This document shows positions 1 through 13,574 of a stretch of 64,000 nucleotides of DNA, in pieces (position 1 is the stretch's first letter; every line of letters starts with the position of its first letter). The stretch is from Ascidiella aspersa. Taxonomy: Eukaryota. Where the stretch lies: positions 10,788,001-10,852,000 of the forward strand of contig OZ004608.1 in NCBI GenBank assembly GCA_963924565.1, written 5' to 3'. Below the pieces are notes generated by a model that saw only the letters and a list, made by a program, of their open reading frames with translations, did not search any database and was not told where the DNA came from. Position numbers and translations under genes: made by a program.

Positions 1-2037
1 AGAAATTTTCAAGTCAAGAGTGGAGCTATCTGAAGTCACAATGCATTTGGACAAGAGTTCCTCCGATTGTATGCACTGCATCTGGACAGAAACTTCATAA
101 GGCACAAAGCAGGTTGATGTGTTCAGTAATGGCCTTAAGTTTGCCACATTTGTTAACGAGTCAGGTGCTAGCAAACCACTTGGTTCAACTATATCCAAAA
201 CAACTGCATCAAATATACTTGAACCAATTGAAAAAAAGGTATCCAATGCAAAAGTCAAACTCTGCAACTTGCAACTTTTCGCAATTTCCTTGCAAGCATT
301 TAACAGTTCTTGAGTGTTGCAAATTTTGGTAATGGAAACTTCAGGACCCAAAAGCTGGCACATTCTAAACGGAAAGATGCTGAAGCCATCTGATATGTCA
401 AGGATGTTTAGCAGCCTTTTGGATGTAGATAACTTTTTAACAGCGTCAATCCAAATGTCACAGGTGGCAGTGTCATTTATTTTCATGACTTGTGCTTCAT
501 GAAGGGCAACATGTATCAGCTCTGGATGCGCACCTGCTATTTTTGACAGAACCTGAGGATACGACTTTGTGCATTGAGCATCAAAACTCAGTGTGTCAAT
601 GCTTTCCAACTGAAAACGGTCAACATGGACTGAAAAATTTGCCCTCAGTATGTCGCTAGGTTGAACCTGCAACCTTTGGCATTCAAGTTGTGTGAAGGTC
701 TCTGTATGTCCAGGGGCTGCAATTTTGCAAGCCCTAATGGGATAAATGGCTTGATCCCAGCATACTTCGGATCCTATTTCTGTTGTGATACAGTGCTTTT
801 TGTCAGGATCCAAATACAGTTGAAACCAAAGCACAAGGCAGTCAACACTGCCTTGTTTAATGTTATGAAAATCTACAAATACGTCGTCGAATTGGCCGTT
901 AGCGATTTTTATTAAAACCCCTGGACTATTAAAATTGATGTCCATCAGTTTGCATGGGCCACTTAAAAGCCTGTGAGTCACATTACCCATGCGCTCTGAG
1001 GTATAGGGCTCATGAACAGAAGTGGAAAACACATGCAACATCTGCTGACTATCCACAGCCATGTTTGACTTGGACTTTCCAACATCTTGGCCAACTCCAC
1101 TTGTTATAAGGATGTTTTGCATTTCCACAGGGTTTGTTGAAAAGTTGTGCTTCTTCCAGATTGAATCAGACTCAGCCAATGCGCAATAGACCGTGGCAGA
1201 GTATGGGATTACGACCCCACCATCCTGCTGAGGTAGTAACAAGTTTTGCCAGGCATGGTTTAAAGAATCAACAATTCCTTCCCCGAGCAAGCCAGCATCG
1301 ACAATTTCTGCAATGACCAGCATTGCTTTTTCTGAAATGGCCGGCACATCTTTACTTGAGTTTCCAGAGACAATTAAATTCAGTGAATCAGAATGAATGT
1401 TAACAATATTGGAATCCATGTTATTCAAAGCGATGGATTCTTCAGCAATGCTGTGCATGGCCTCGGACATTTCACAACAGTGCACTTTGGCAGCGCCACT
1501 TTGTATCGCAAACATACCAAGCAATCCTGTACCCGAGCCAATGTCCAGTATGCAGTCATCCCAGTCAATTGCATCCACTGCATCCCTAATGGCATCGCGA
1601 AAAGTCTTGTTCCTCCTATGGTCATTCAGCATGGCAAAGTGCCAACTGTCAACAAGGCCCCTGCAGGCATTTTCAAGGTTGACACTGGCCTCATGAGAAT
1701 TGTTGTTCACAATCAGCGCTCTGCGAAACATGCCTACCGCCTCCAGTTTCAGGCCCATTTGGAACAGACAAGTGCCCATGTGTAGGTGCAAGGCATCACT
1801 TCTCATAAAGACCTCTGTGCCCTGTTCGTACAGTTCCATTAGGTCATTTGTGCGCTTCAGTTGATACAGCTCTCGACTCCATTCTTTCCAAGCAGTTCCA
1901 AAATCCTCTGCAATCTCTTGTTGCACATGTTGATTAAGTTTTAGTGTGAGCAGGAAAAACGCATAAGCTTTTCCATAGTTTTTTTCGGCTAGACTGTGTC
2001 TTGCCTCTACAAGATACAGTTTAACTGCCTGTTGCAT
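1..2037 (-). CDS. PRMT9: Protein arginine N-methyltransferase 9 (PRMT9-like); uninterrupted ORF running off the left edge (3' partial)
   Basis: ATG at 2037 with an in-frame TGA just upstream. It translates MQQAVKLYLVEARHSLAEKNYGKAYAFFLL (TPR-like N-terminus)...LVDSWHFAMLNDHRRNKTFRDAI...ILDIGSGTGLLGMFA (SAM motif I)...VIAEIVDAGLLGEGIVDSLNHAWQNLL (double-E loop), matching PRMT9 motifs. I translated the 5' part by hand; its absence from the ORF track is consistent with no stop inside the window. Confidence 0.92.
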   Translation of the reverse strand, partial: MQQAVKLYLVEARHSLAEKNYGKAYAFFLLTLKLNQHVQQEIAEDFGTAWKEWSRELYQLKRTNDLMELYEQGTEVFMRSDALHLHMGTCLFQMGLKLEAVGMFRRALIVNNNSHEASVNLENACRGLVDSWHFAMLNDHRRNKTFRDAIRDAVDAIDWDDCILDIGSGTGLLGMFAIQSGAAKVHCCEMSEAMHSIAEESIALNNMDSNIVNIHSDSLNLIVSGNSSKDVPAISEKAMLVIAEIVDAGLLGEGIVDSLNHAWQNLLLPQQDGGVVIPYSATVYCALAESDSIWKKHNFSTNPVEMQNILITSGVGQDVGKSKSNMAVDSQQMLHVFSTSVHEPYTSERMGNVTHRLLSGPCKLMDINFNSPGVLIKIANGQFDDVFVDFHNIKQGSVDCLVLWFQLYLDPDKKHCITTEIGSEVCWDQAIYPIRACKIAAPGHTETFTQLECQRLQVQPSDILRANFSVHVDRFQLESIDTLSFDAQCTKSYPQVLSKIAGAHPELIHVALHEAQVMKINDTATCDIWIDAVKKLSTSKRLLNILDISDGFSIFPFRMCQLLGPEVSITKICNTQELLNACKEIAKSCKLQSLTFALDTFFSIGSSIFDAVVLDIVEPSGLLAPDSLTNVANLRPLLNTSTCFVPYEVSVQMQCIQSEELLSKCIVTSDSSTLDLKIS

Positions 2038-3023
2038 TGCAGATCACTTTTGTTCATATCTTTTATAAATCGAGTGTATATTTTGGTTCTAAAAAATTAC
2101 AATAAAAATTTACTGACAAGTTACGTTTAAAACTAGTATACATAATACCGCGGGAGTCCGGACTACGGATTACTGTGATACCAAACATTTTTCCGAAACA
2201 ATAGTCAGCTGTATCTTAAATTATCATTAATTTGGCAGTACAAACGTGTAGTTTATTCTAAACATTTGAAAACACCCCGAAAATGTGTCCTACCTTCTCG
2301 CGGTAACATGTGCGACAGTACATCACTTTAATTTAAAAGTTAACACAGAACGTCTGACTCTGAACGGACTATTCTAAATTCGTATGCTTGTTAAGTCTAT
2401 CGAAGCGCACTTGGCAATTCTTTTTCGAATTTTAAGCTACCGCTGTAAACAAAGCTTAATGATTTCTTATAAGATAACAAAACCCAGTGATCCACAGTCA
2501 ACACGATATCGTGATTTCGCACACATATGTTGATATGCTTTTAGGATTTCTCCTCTTAGGTAGGTCATGCTTGATTGCACACAGTCTCACACGTGACAGG
2601 ATTCTGCAGAATAACTTATTCGACAATTTTACAAACTCAACTGGTTTTCTTCTGAATTAAAACATTCTATTGCTTCTGTAACGTTAAATTCACATTTGTA
2701 AACGTTACACTTTATACTGACGGCAGACCCTTTGCATGAATGCTACAAGTCTTCTGACATTTTATCTCTCTGCTTTCACTGCACTGCAAAAAACAACACG
2801 AGCATTTGCGACACTGGTATATTACAAAACATATACAAAAGGTCATCAACCCGACTGTGGTAGTCACGATATACAAGTGAACTTCAACATACTTAAGTTT
2901 TACACAAAAACGATGCTATTTACACGTCGTCCAAATGAAAACAGAAACTTTAAAAAAGAACCCAATGAGATCCGGATCTTTCAACACGAAAATCAAACTA
3001 TGACAAAAGAACTGCTGAAGTAT

Positions 3024-4851
<1,828 letters not shown>

Positions 4852-6796
4852 CTAAAATATCCAAATTTTAACTAATAATTTTGATCTGACAGTGGACAAG
4901 GCCAAAAAAGATTCACTATAAGTTGAAAAACAATAGGAAGCGTTAAGGTTATCCACAGTATACAGCATATTTAATTTTGTTATTAAATAAAGGATACAGC
5001 ATATTTAATTTTGTTATAAAACTAAACTTGTTATACAACTTTCAAAACACATAATATTTGCATGCAATACATTTGAAAACTATTCTTTTAACATTTTGTT
5101 TAAAAATTGATTGAAAACTTTTTTAACTAATGATAAAGTCACACCCCGTTGGGTATTTTCTAACTTAGATAGCTGGACAGTGTGGTTAGTGTATTTTAAA
5201 GCACATACACATTTTCTTTATTTACTTTAGTCTGGATGATAAAACAGAAATGTAATGCAAAAGTGTAACACAAAAATAAGAATATGTTATACACCAATGG
5301 TATACTATGTAAATAACCTGAAAGTACTATGTTTTTAAAGTATTGCACAATGCTAAGTCTTACATTGGATTTGACTTTTCACAACCGAACACCCTTCACA
5401 AAGATAGTCCATAAAAAACATGCCGCGGCTAAAAATACAAAAAAAAAACCTTTCGAACCTATGACCCAAACTTTCCCAAATATATATGCCTTAACATTCA
5501 AACAATACTAAGAAAATACTGAAGACCAAGATTGAAAATTTAGATTTATCTCCTATGGGGTTGCACTCTCAGCTGCATATTTCATAATTGTTGTTGGCAA
5601 AAGACATTCACTGGCAAAAAGTCAATCAAAAACTTCAGTCGTTTATACGATTTTCGGTATAGTAGTTTATTTACCTTCGCGGCAAGTTTAGAATTAACTT
5701 TATTACTGGGCCGCAAAATTTTAAGTTGCATAAATATCTCCAGACTAAAAGAAATTTCAAAGCAGTATTTTTTCATGTATGTTTTTTTATCTTTTTTTAC
5801 TTTCAATCGTTCAAGTGTGGAAAATTTAATCATGTACAATTGTTGTTACATAGAATTTTATCATGTGTCGTAAGAAAGGGTCATTGGTGGGCAGTTCGTC
5901 TGGAAAGTATGGCGGATCTCAATAATATCTTGTGGATGTAAGGTTCTAAAACCTAGTTGACGGAGTGCACCAAAACCAGTCTGCACTTCATGGTGCTTTA
6001 CGCCGAGATCTCAGGTGTGCAGCCCAAAACTTTGAGGTGTGCAATTTTTGCACGCCTGAAGTTCAGGAATGTAGCACAATTCAACCTTTTATTTAATTTA
6101 GGCGTTTTGGTTACCAATTCAAATGGCAACACAAATTGTTTTTAAAAAAATCTTGGGTGTGCGCCTGGCACAGAATGCAAACTGGCAGCAAAGGTCTAAA
6201 GTGCACCCCGTATGTATACCATACATAGGAACATCACGGTGCAAATTTTATTTTTTGGGTTGCAAGTTGGGTCAATTTAAAAAAAATGTTGGTGCACTTG
6301 CCATAGTTTTTGATGGCCACGATTGCCTTTTTATATTAGACCAGGCCTTTAGATTTGAGCTTAAGCGATTTATTGAAAACAATATTTGTTGTGACGTCAT
6401 AAACACGACTGTTTTATTAAGGCATAGGTCATTAACACATTTGTTAGACTGGCGGTTGTTGTGGACTGTCTAACGCTAAATTATCTTTTTTGTCACTTTT
6501 TTATTTGACAAATAGCGGCCAACACGGCGAACTTTCTGCCCTTAACAACCTCTTACCCCTTAAGGGGTCGCGACCCCCAGGTTGAGAACAACTAGATTTT
6601 AATTTTTTTCTGATTTGCTAATGTAATGCTGAACGAGTGTATATAAACTATTTTTTTAAGGCACACAGAAAAAATATTATTAACTTATCAACATTGGTAT
6701 AGTTTCTAATTTTATGTAAATTAGTCCATCATACAAAACAAAACTACAAATTGCATAAACTAGCTGATTTCCAATTGTTAACTGCCTTGACAAAAC

Positions 6797-6854
6797 TTTC
6801 CCGCGAGGAAGTCACACGCTGAAACGGATGACAGCTAAATCAAGTATGACGTCA
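6797..6854. promoter_or_regulatory. Candidate bidirectional promoter core between RBBP4 and PBDC1
   Basis: E2F consensus TTTCCCGC (6797-6804), ETS core GGAAGT (6807-6812) and full CRE TGACGTCA (6847-6854), clustered between head-to-head genes. Motif matches only. Confidence 0.4.
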
Positions 6855-7073
6855 GATAGTTTATTAAATTATCTTATATAGTAAAAATGATGAAACAGAT
6901 ATTTTAAGTAGTCGATTGTGGTCGGTTAAATTTTATTTCTAATATTACAAAATAAAGTTGTGTAGCCTTAAACAAGTAAAATGTCTACAATCATTGGATT
7001 TAAAAAACCACACGAGTTGAAGCATATTTGTCAATAGACTCAATACTATTCGTTATCGTGATAAACGAAAGAC

Positions 7074-10022
7074 ATGAATGCTGCCGATTACAAAAACGAT
7101 GTAAGTAAATATTACAAGTTAAAATGAAGACAAAAATCGGCGCTGGTCTAGAATCCTATCACAGTTAATAAATCAACGCACAACGTTTGGGTTAGGGTAC
7201 AAGTTAACGTTTATAGGTGTGGGTGGGTCAAGTATTATTATATTCCGTATTTAATAAAAATACTAGCCCCACCCTAACCCAAAAAATGTAAGTTGTGGTA
7301 GGGTTCTATACCATAACCTTATAGTACATTGTCGTTTTCACCGTACCACATCATTTACTTAAAAGCTACAGGATTTAATACAATATCACGTATCTTTACA
7401 GAGCACTTTGGAACAAGTTTGGGCAGTCAGAGCGTTTGATGAAGCAGAAACTCACTACGACGTAAGTAGAACTATTTTTCCCACATTGTTGTGGTTATAA
7501 CTTTGTGCTTGATTCTTAAATTGCAATCTAAATTTAGTAAACAAAAAATAATTAACTTGCAAAAGAAAAAAGAAGAAAATCATTTACTAACCAGGGATCT
7601 ATGTTACTGTTAATACCAGGGCTGCGAAGTCGGTTAAAAATAACATGAGTCTGACTCCGACGTCAAAAGTGCGATTTTGTCAGCCCGAGTCCGGCCCTTA
7701 CTCGACAGCCTGTATTCCGTCAATTTACCTAACTTAAGTAATGTTGAAATTCACCAATCCACTTAAAAATCCACTTTGAGGTGTCGTATAATTCATTCAC
7801 TCACAATACACGGTTGGAAAATATATTCCGTCATATGCTATTCCACCTTAATAATTTCATATCAATTTTAAAAATTTGGTACTGAGCAGGCGCACATCGG
7901 ACTCGGTAGTTTTACTCAGTCTTACCCAAGTCAGACTCCAGCTAAACAACGATATGCAGAATATAGACTGGTATATTTTTATCATTGCTTGCCTGTTATG
8001 GTTGCTGAGATCTGGATAGCATTCAAGTGTTCCACCAAAAATGCTTGCCGTGTAATGCTCGCCCAAAACTCCATCATCCCAATCTGGAAAGTATGGCAAA
8101 TCTCGCGGGTGCACAACCTAAAAATCCAGGTCGGGTGCAACAAGGCTCAAAAAAGTGCACCTCAGGTACACTTTATGATTTTCGGATGCACTCGGTTTTG
8201 CTTACATGCGATAAATAGTGGTATGCAAGCGTTTTTTTGCAGTCCAGATTTTATCGGAGTGCACTTTTGGAAGGTTGAAAAATCTCGCTGGTGCACTTGC
8301 CATACTTCCCACAGTGGTCACCAGCCAGTTTGCATTTCATGACACTTTATGCCAACCAAATTTTGAGGTGTGCATTTATGTTATTTTGCACACCAAAGGT
8401 TTGAAATCCTACCAATATTTCACATACTAATCAGGTTTGCACACTAATTGCTTTAAAAAAATTGGGTTTACGCCTGTCCTATAATTTGGGTTTACGCCTG
8501 TCATATAAAGAAATATTGCCTTCAGTAGAAAGAGAGTGGCCCAAATAATAGATAAAAAATTCATTGCCGAAACGTTTGCTAATAAAAGAATGAATCTTTT
8601 ATCTATTATTTGGGCCACTCTCTTTCTACTGAAGATAATCAACAGATCCGTGTTCAGTGTTCCGAAATATTGCCGGTCTAGTATAATTAGAAATCTTTGG
8701 TTATATAACTAGAAATCTTTGGTTATATTTCTGTGAAGTTTCTCGCACATGCCTGATATATTATATTACATGAGAAAATTTTTGTGTTTTAATTTACAGT
8801 AATATCCTTACTATTGGCATTACTTTGTCACAGCTTATAACTACTGTTGATCCTACATTTCTCAAATTGTCTCTTCATGATGACTGGATTCATGAAGAGT
8901 TTAGAAAAATATTTCCTGACTTGGATGTGAATCACCTCATTGAAGATGAACTTAAAAGTGAAGCAGCTAAAAAGGCATTGCTCAAAACTTTATGCATATA
9001 TTATTGAAATCAAAAAAAAAATTGTGTTTGATTTATAATATTATGTCCATAGTTGCTAAAAAACAAATCAAGTGTAATAGTTAAGTTTTAATATTTTAAA
9101 GATTTGTTCTAGTTTGGTTCATGAATGCCTATCTAGATTTCACCAATTAATTTAAATTTGTTTTAGAAATGGAGAGAATTTTGTTTAAAGTTTGAAAAGG
9201 TTCTTCAAAACTACAACTATGGCTCACTAGTTCGTGTTAACCCCCTTGAAGGATATACTGATGCTAACACAATATTTGGTAGGTTCAGTCACCAAGAAAT
9301 AACATCTTATTTTTTTCTAATTCTAATTTTTTTTTAATAAATATTTCCACTGAATAATATTAGTTACATATTTTTTTGTTGTAGGGGATATTTATTGATG
9401 TATATACTGCCTTAAATATTTAAGCTATTGATAAAAATTAATAAAAATCACTTCATTTGAAACAACTAAAGACACAAGTATGTAACACAAAAAAGACAAA
9501 AGTATTATAGTTAAAATTAGTTAACTGCCACAGCCTAAATTATTTAGTATGGATAGTTTATGGAAAACAAAGTGTATTTAAAATGTAATAAAATGGATTA
9601 ACAATTCTTAACTGTTTGAAAGATTTCTAAGACTTTGGTTTGACTTGCAGTTGCAGATAATTTTTATCTTACCCCATTCTAGATACAAGCAATTGGAGTT
9701 GCGATTTGCTTCTATTTTTTATCAAACCTAATGGCATACGCAAGCAAGTTAGCTCACTGTCCGGACATCTTGTTTAAATTGCCAAGTTCTTTTTGTTACT
9801 AGTTAATGGAAATGTGTAACCGCTTTTAATCATGTTTATTAAAACAAACCTATGTTGAAATTGTCTGCAGTTACTCGAGTGCAGTACCTAGCGGTGGAAA
9901 TAGCACGCAACAAGGAAGGCATCACAAAAGAGCTCTACGACAGAGTGACCCGCGAGAGAAGAGAAAAAAGAGAAATTAACAAACTGTCAGAGTCGGCCGC
10001 CAACGTATCCGTGTCTTCGTGA
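7074..10022 (+). CDS. PBDC1: Polysaccharide biosynthesis domain-containing protein 1 (PBDC1/CXorf26 homolog)
   Basis: Exons 7074-7100, 7402-7461, 8834-8974, 9167-9278, 9871-10022 give MNAADYKND STLEQVWAVRAFDEAETHYD LITTVDPTFLKLS...ELKSEAAKK KWREFCLKFEKVLQNYNYGSLVRVNPLEGYTDANTIF VTRVQYLAVEIARNKEG, which are typical PBDC1 motifs. Intron 3 is GC-AG. Confidence 0.9.
7139..7319. mobile_element. Short non-autonomous DNA transposon, GGCGCTGGTCTAGAATCC-terminus family
   Basis: Imperfect terminal inverted repeats (TGGTCTAGAATCCTATCACA / TGTGGTAGGGTTCTATACCA) and an internal GGGTTAGGGT. Relatives at 30955 and 39246. Confidence 0.6.
7617..7940. mobile_element. Degenerate copy (opposite orientation) of the hAT-type MITE at 34247-34646
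   Basis: Begins CAGGGCTGCGAAGTCGGTTAAAAATAAC and follows the reverse complement of the 34646 end over ~300 bp. Far end eroded. Confidence 0.7.
8521..8663. mobile_element. Penelope-like retroelement terminal fragment with a perfect 38-bp inverted repeat
   Basis: Flanked by the 11-bp direct repeat GAAATATTGCC (8510-8520, 8664-8674). Perfect IR arms at 8520-8557 and 8597-8634. The loop contains CGAAACGTT...AATAAA, the 3' half of a PLE hammerhead plus a poly(A) signal. Confidence 0.6.
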
Positions 10023-10661
10023 CACAATACATAAGCTGCTCGGTTCATTTATAAATAGCTTAAAGCTGGAAATCTACGCTATAAAGGTTTTAAATCGCCT
10101 TGAAATGTGCTGCAGCTGAAAAGAGCTGTCGATTTCATAGTTAGTTCAGAATTACTCGGACGTTATATCGGATTTCCGTACGTTGCATAAAAGCAGCGTT
10201 TGGGCTCTAGAAATTTCTGGTGTAATTTTCGTGAAATTAGCGACCCTTTGTCTATTTCTAGCCTACATGCATCATTTTCGCTTGGCGGAATGTCAAAACG
10301 CTCAGCAATACACTGGCGCGCCAAATAACGGACTCATTATTGCGGTTACAAAAAACATGTGGCCTCGTAGAGCAGGAGTGTGAGTCGCGTGCGAGCCGTA
10401 AGATCGCCTACTGTACTTGCTTATTATTTGGCAGTGTATTTGCAACCTCAGCCCGACTAAACAACTGAGCTTTTTTATTGTTCTCCCGTAGCCGTGAACC
10501 CAACCAGAGCAGTGCGAAGATCAGAGCAAAGGGAGTACGGGCGAATGATCTGGCAGTGCGTTGTTCGGAAATTTTTTCTCGGAAATAGACCAACGATAAG
10601 ATAACAGTGCCGTATAGTACATACAGGTTTAAAGCTAAATTAGTTACGAGCCCTAACGGCG

Positions 10662-12262
10662 ATGTCACGGCAAATTAAAAAAGATTCTTCGGAGGCTGAA
10701 CAGTTGCTGGATGTATCTCCACGGTCGTCGGGCCACAAGCTGCGACAGGAATGGCCGGTGCACAATCAAAACGTTTCCAGTGCAAAAGACGCTGCTTCAT
10801 CAGCTAAAAAACTCTCCGCAACTCCTGGCAGGTTCGTATTCGCGACTACTTTTATATTGAAAAAAGACAGTTCACGGTTTGTGTAGAATGTGGATAAACA
10901 GATAAGTGCTGTGATTTTTGGCTAATACAGGCTTATTTAATATACTGTAGGTCGGAAACAAACTTATGGTTTCTTTAGCAAATTCAAAGTCAATTTTGTT
11001 CGATAAACGGTACTTAAGTTGTGCAGTTAGCTAGTGGAGATTAGTTCTAGATTTGAATAAGTTGTCTAAATCTTACTGAGGTCCGCATGAGAAATTTGAG
11101 AACGATAGCGGGCCGCACCAACATAACCAAGAAACAAAAACTGTTTTTCTAATAATTATGTTTGTTGTATCTACACTATGCTTAAGTTAAAGTGTAGATA
11201 TGTATACAGTCGTTTTAGCAGCACAAAATACAACCTAATAAAGTGACACGGGCTATAAGTTCCAATGTTTTCAAACGCCAAAAATGCCACGATTTAGGTG
11301 AACGGTACAAATGTAAAAACACTAATTTGCGCCAAAGGCTACCAAAAAAGGTTGATATATTTGTAGCCTATAGCCTATTTGTTTGATAGCCTACGTTTCC
11401 CACGGGCCGCAAGTTTGACACCCCTGGTCTCACTACCTGCTTTGCTATTTGGTAGGCCTATATAATGAATGTATAATTGGCTAGACACGAAGTACATACG
11501 GTACTGGTAGTTGGTTTGTTTTTGCTTTCACCAGAAAATCTGTTTTATTGAAAGCGGTCAGTAAGAATTCTCGCCCTAAACCCACGACTGAGCTAGCTGC
11601 GCCTGAATCCAGTTTAGTGGAAGAACGGCCGCTTCTCGATGAGTAAGTATTAGCCGTTAACAAAAAAGATATTACGTTAAAAGCTAAATTCTAAGAAAGA
11701 TGAATTGTATTCGTAACGTTTAAAGAGCGCTCCCCAGAGAGAACCCATGCAAACACATTGCAAACCAATAAATACGTTTTACCATGCAGAGTTGTTATTT
11801 TGCTGTTTTTCTCTCTAACATTACAAACATTTTGCTCATTTATGTTTGTGTATAGGCTAAAAAACTCGTTGTACAGTGATAATTGCGTTTGGGTTAGACA
11901 CCGACCAGACGGCGAAAGTTTAATAATGGTAAAATATAAACTGAACCAAGTGTTTGATACCGAAAGGCGAGGTTTGACACCTAAGTGTTTGATTTTTATT
12001 AAAACTCCTCATGAACGGTTTCAGGACTCCAACAACTGCCACCTTCGACCAATCCAACCCAAGGACCCAAGGAAAGAGCATCTTCCTTCCGCCCATGGCA
12101 CTTCCATCTTTACACAAGGCGAAAAACTTCGATTTTCGCAAGATTAACGCGGAAAAAGAGCGACCCCCAACGGTTGATCCGTTTCACTTCAGCAACCAGA
12201 GGGCGATAAGGAGGCGTAAAACCATTGAGAAGTGCAGCATTGCGAAACAAATGTTTAACTAA
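10662..12262 (+). CDS. Uncharacterised small basic protein (orphan gene; 3' structure ambiguous)
   Basis: Phase-compatible GT-AG exons 10662-10831 and 11535-11642, optional exon 11856-11928, last exon from 12025. The stop is at 12147 if the optional exon is included and at 12262 if it is skipped. No recognisable domain. Confidence 0.5.
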
Positions 12263-12938
12263 AATTCCACATCATTTCCGCGCTCTATACGCCCATAAAT
12301 CGAACACCATCTTTTAACAAAAAGTTTTTCGTAAATATCAAGGTTTCATTTGGCAAATGTTTATTTACCAATAGATGGTATCCCTAAAGTCTAAACTGAG
12401 TAGGCTAGGTTGTAAATGATCATAAAGGTCACGTGTGGCTAATGGTTTTTATTGCGTTTGTCACAAAAGTAACCTTTATTCGTAAAAGTTTAAGAGCAAA
12501 TGAGTCATACATTTAATTTTGTGATCATATTAATCCATCAATATTTTTAGTTTTACATGCAGTGGTCATAGCTGTAACGATTCGCGTGATTATTAGTATA
12601 AAAGGCAAGCGCAAAATAGGGATTGTACCAATATGAAGAACCAAACAACGTTGATGAATGTGTACAGGAAATAGGTTTGCTTCCAAACGAAGTTGGCCGG
12701 AAGCTCCGCTGTGTAAGAGGAAGCTCCGCTGTGTTTTAACAGTATGTCCTTGCTACAAATAATTTTATAACATTCGTATTTTGCTGAAATAGTAACCGTA
12801 TTTCGTTACTTCACCAAGTGACTCTATTCGGTACATGCGAAAAATAAAGCACATCTAACTATAATTAGACCCACCGTGTATTGTTTATTAGGTGCCCTTC
12901 GTTTTTGTGCAAAACTAGCACTTCTTGTATGTTCAAAG

Positions 12939-13445
12939 CAGGGAGTCGAACCAGAACCGAACCGAACCGGTTTTGGGTCAATTTTTTCCGAACCGTAACC
13001 GAACCTGAACCGGTTTTTATAAGATTTTAAGGAGCCGAACCGGAACTGAACCGAATAATTTGAAAGTACCTATGAACCTTAACCGAACCCGAACCTGTAA
13101 ACAAAAGCGGTTCGCTCCAGCATGACGTCACAACTTCTACTTTAGAGAGTCAAGTTACGCCATGTTCGAAATTTTATTAAAAAAATATGAATTATTTTTT
13201 AGATATTTCAATATTGAGTTGCTGTTTTTTATTAGGTCACGGAACTTAGATTAAATGACTTATAATCCAAAGAATATTCTCTACATTTATCGACCCACAT
13301 TTCAAGATTTAACGCAAATTATATTGTATCTGAACCGGAACTTTATGAACCGGTTTTGAAATAACCATGTTCGAACCGGATTCCGAAAAAATCCTTGAAC
13401 CCGAACCGAACCTGAACCGGAAAAGTCAAAAGATTCGACTCCCTG
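12939..13445. mobile_element. hAT-type MITE with AACCG subterminal repeats
   Basis: TIRs CAGGGAGTCGAA / TTCGACTCCCTG, perfect 8-bp TSD GTTCAAAG (12931-12938, 13446-13453). Confidence 0.92.
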
Positions 13446-13574
13446 GTTCAAAGTTTAAACACGATAAAAAGTTTGTCAGTTAAAACGCGTTTTTCTATAT
13501 ATTTAATACTTGAAACTAGAGGTAAGCAAAACACAAGATGTTATAGGCTCACAAACTTGTATTGAGGAATCAGT

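Noticed and set aside
114-1785. Plus-strand ORFs in the ORF track
   Set aside because: Antisense shadows of the PRMT9 coding region.
4960-5017. Short local direct repeats (also near 8462, 8689, 12699, 14960 and 42540)
   Set aside because: Ordinary small tandem duplications with no evidence of function.
7188-7198. GGGTTAGGGT as interstitial telomere
   Set aside because: Only 1-2 units, always inside copies of one transposon family.
10408-10668. 86-aa minus-strand hydrophobic ORF
   Set aside because: No recognisable family or splice support, and it overlaps the start of a better-supported plus-strand gene. It cannot be fully excluded.
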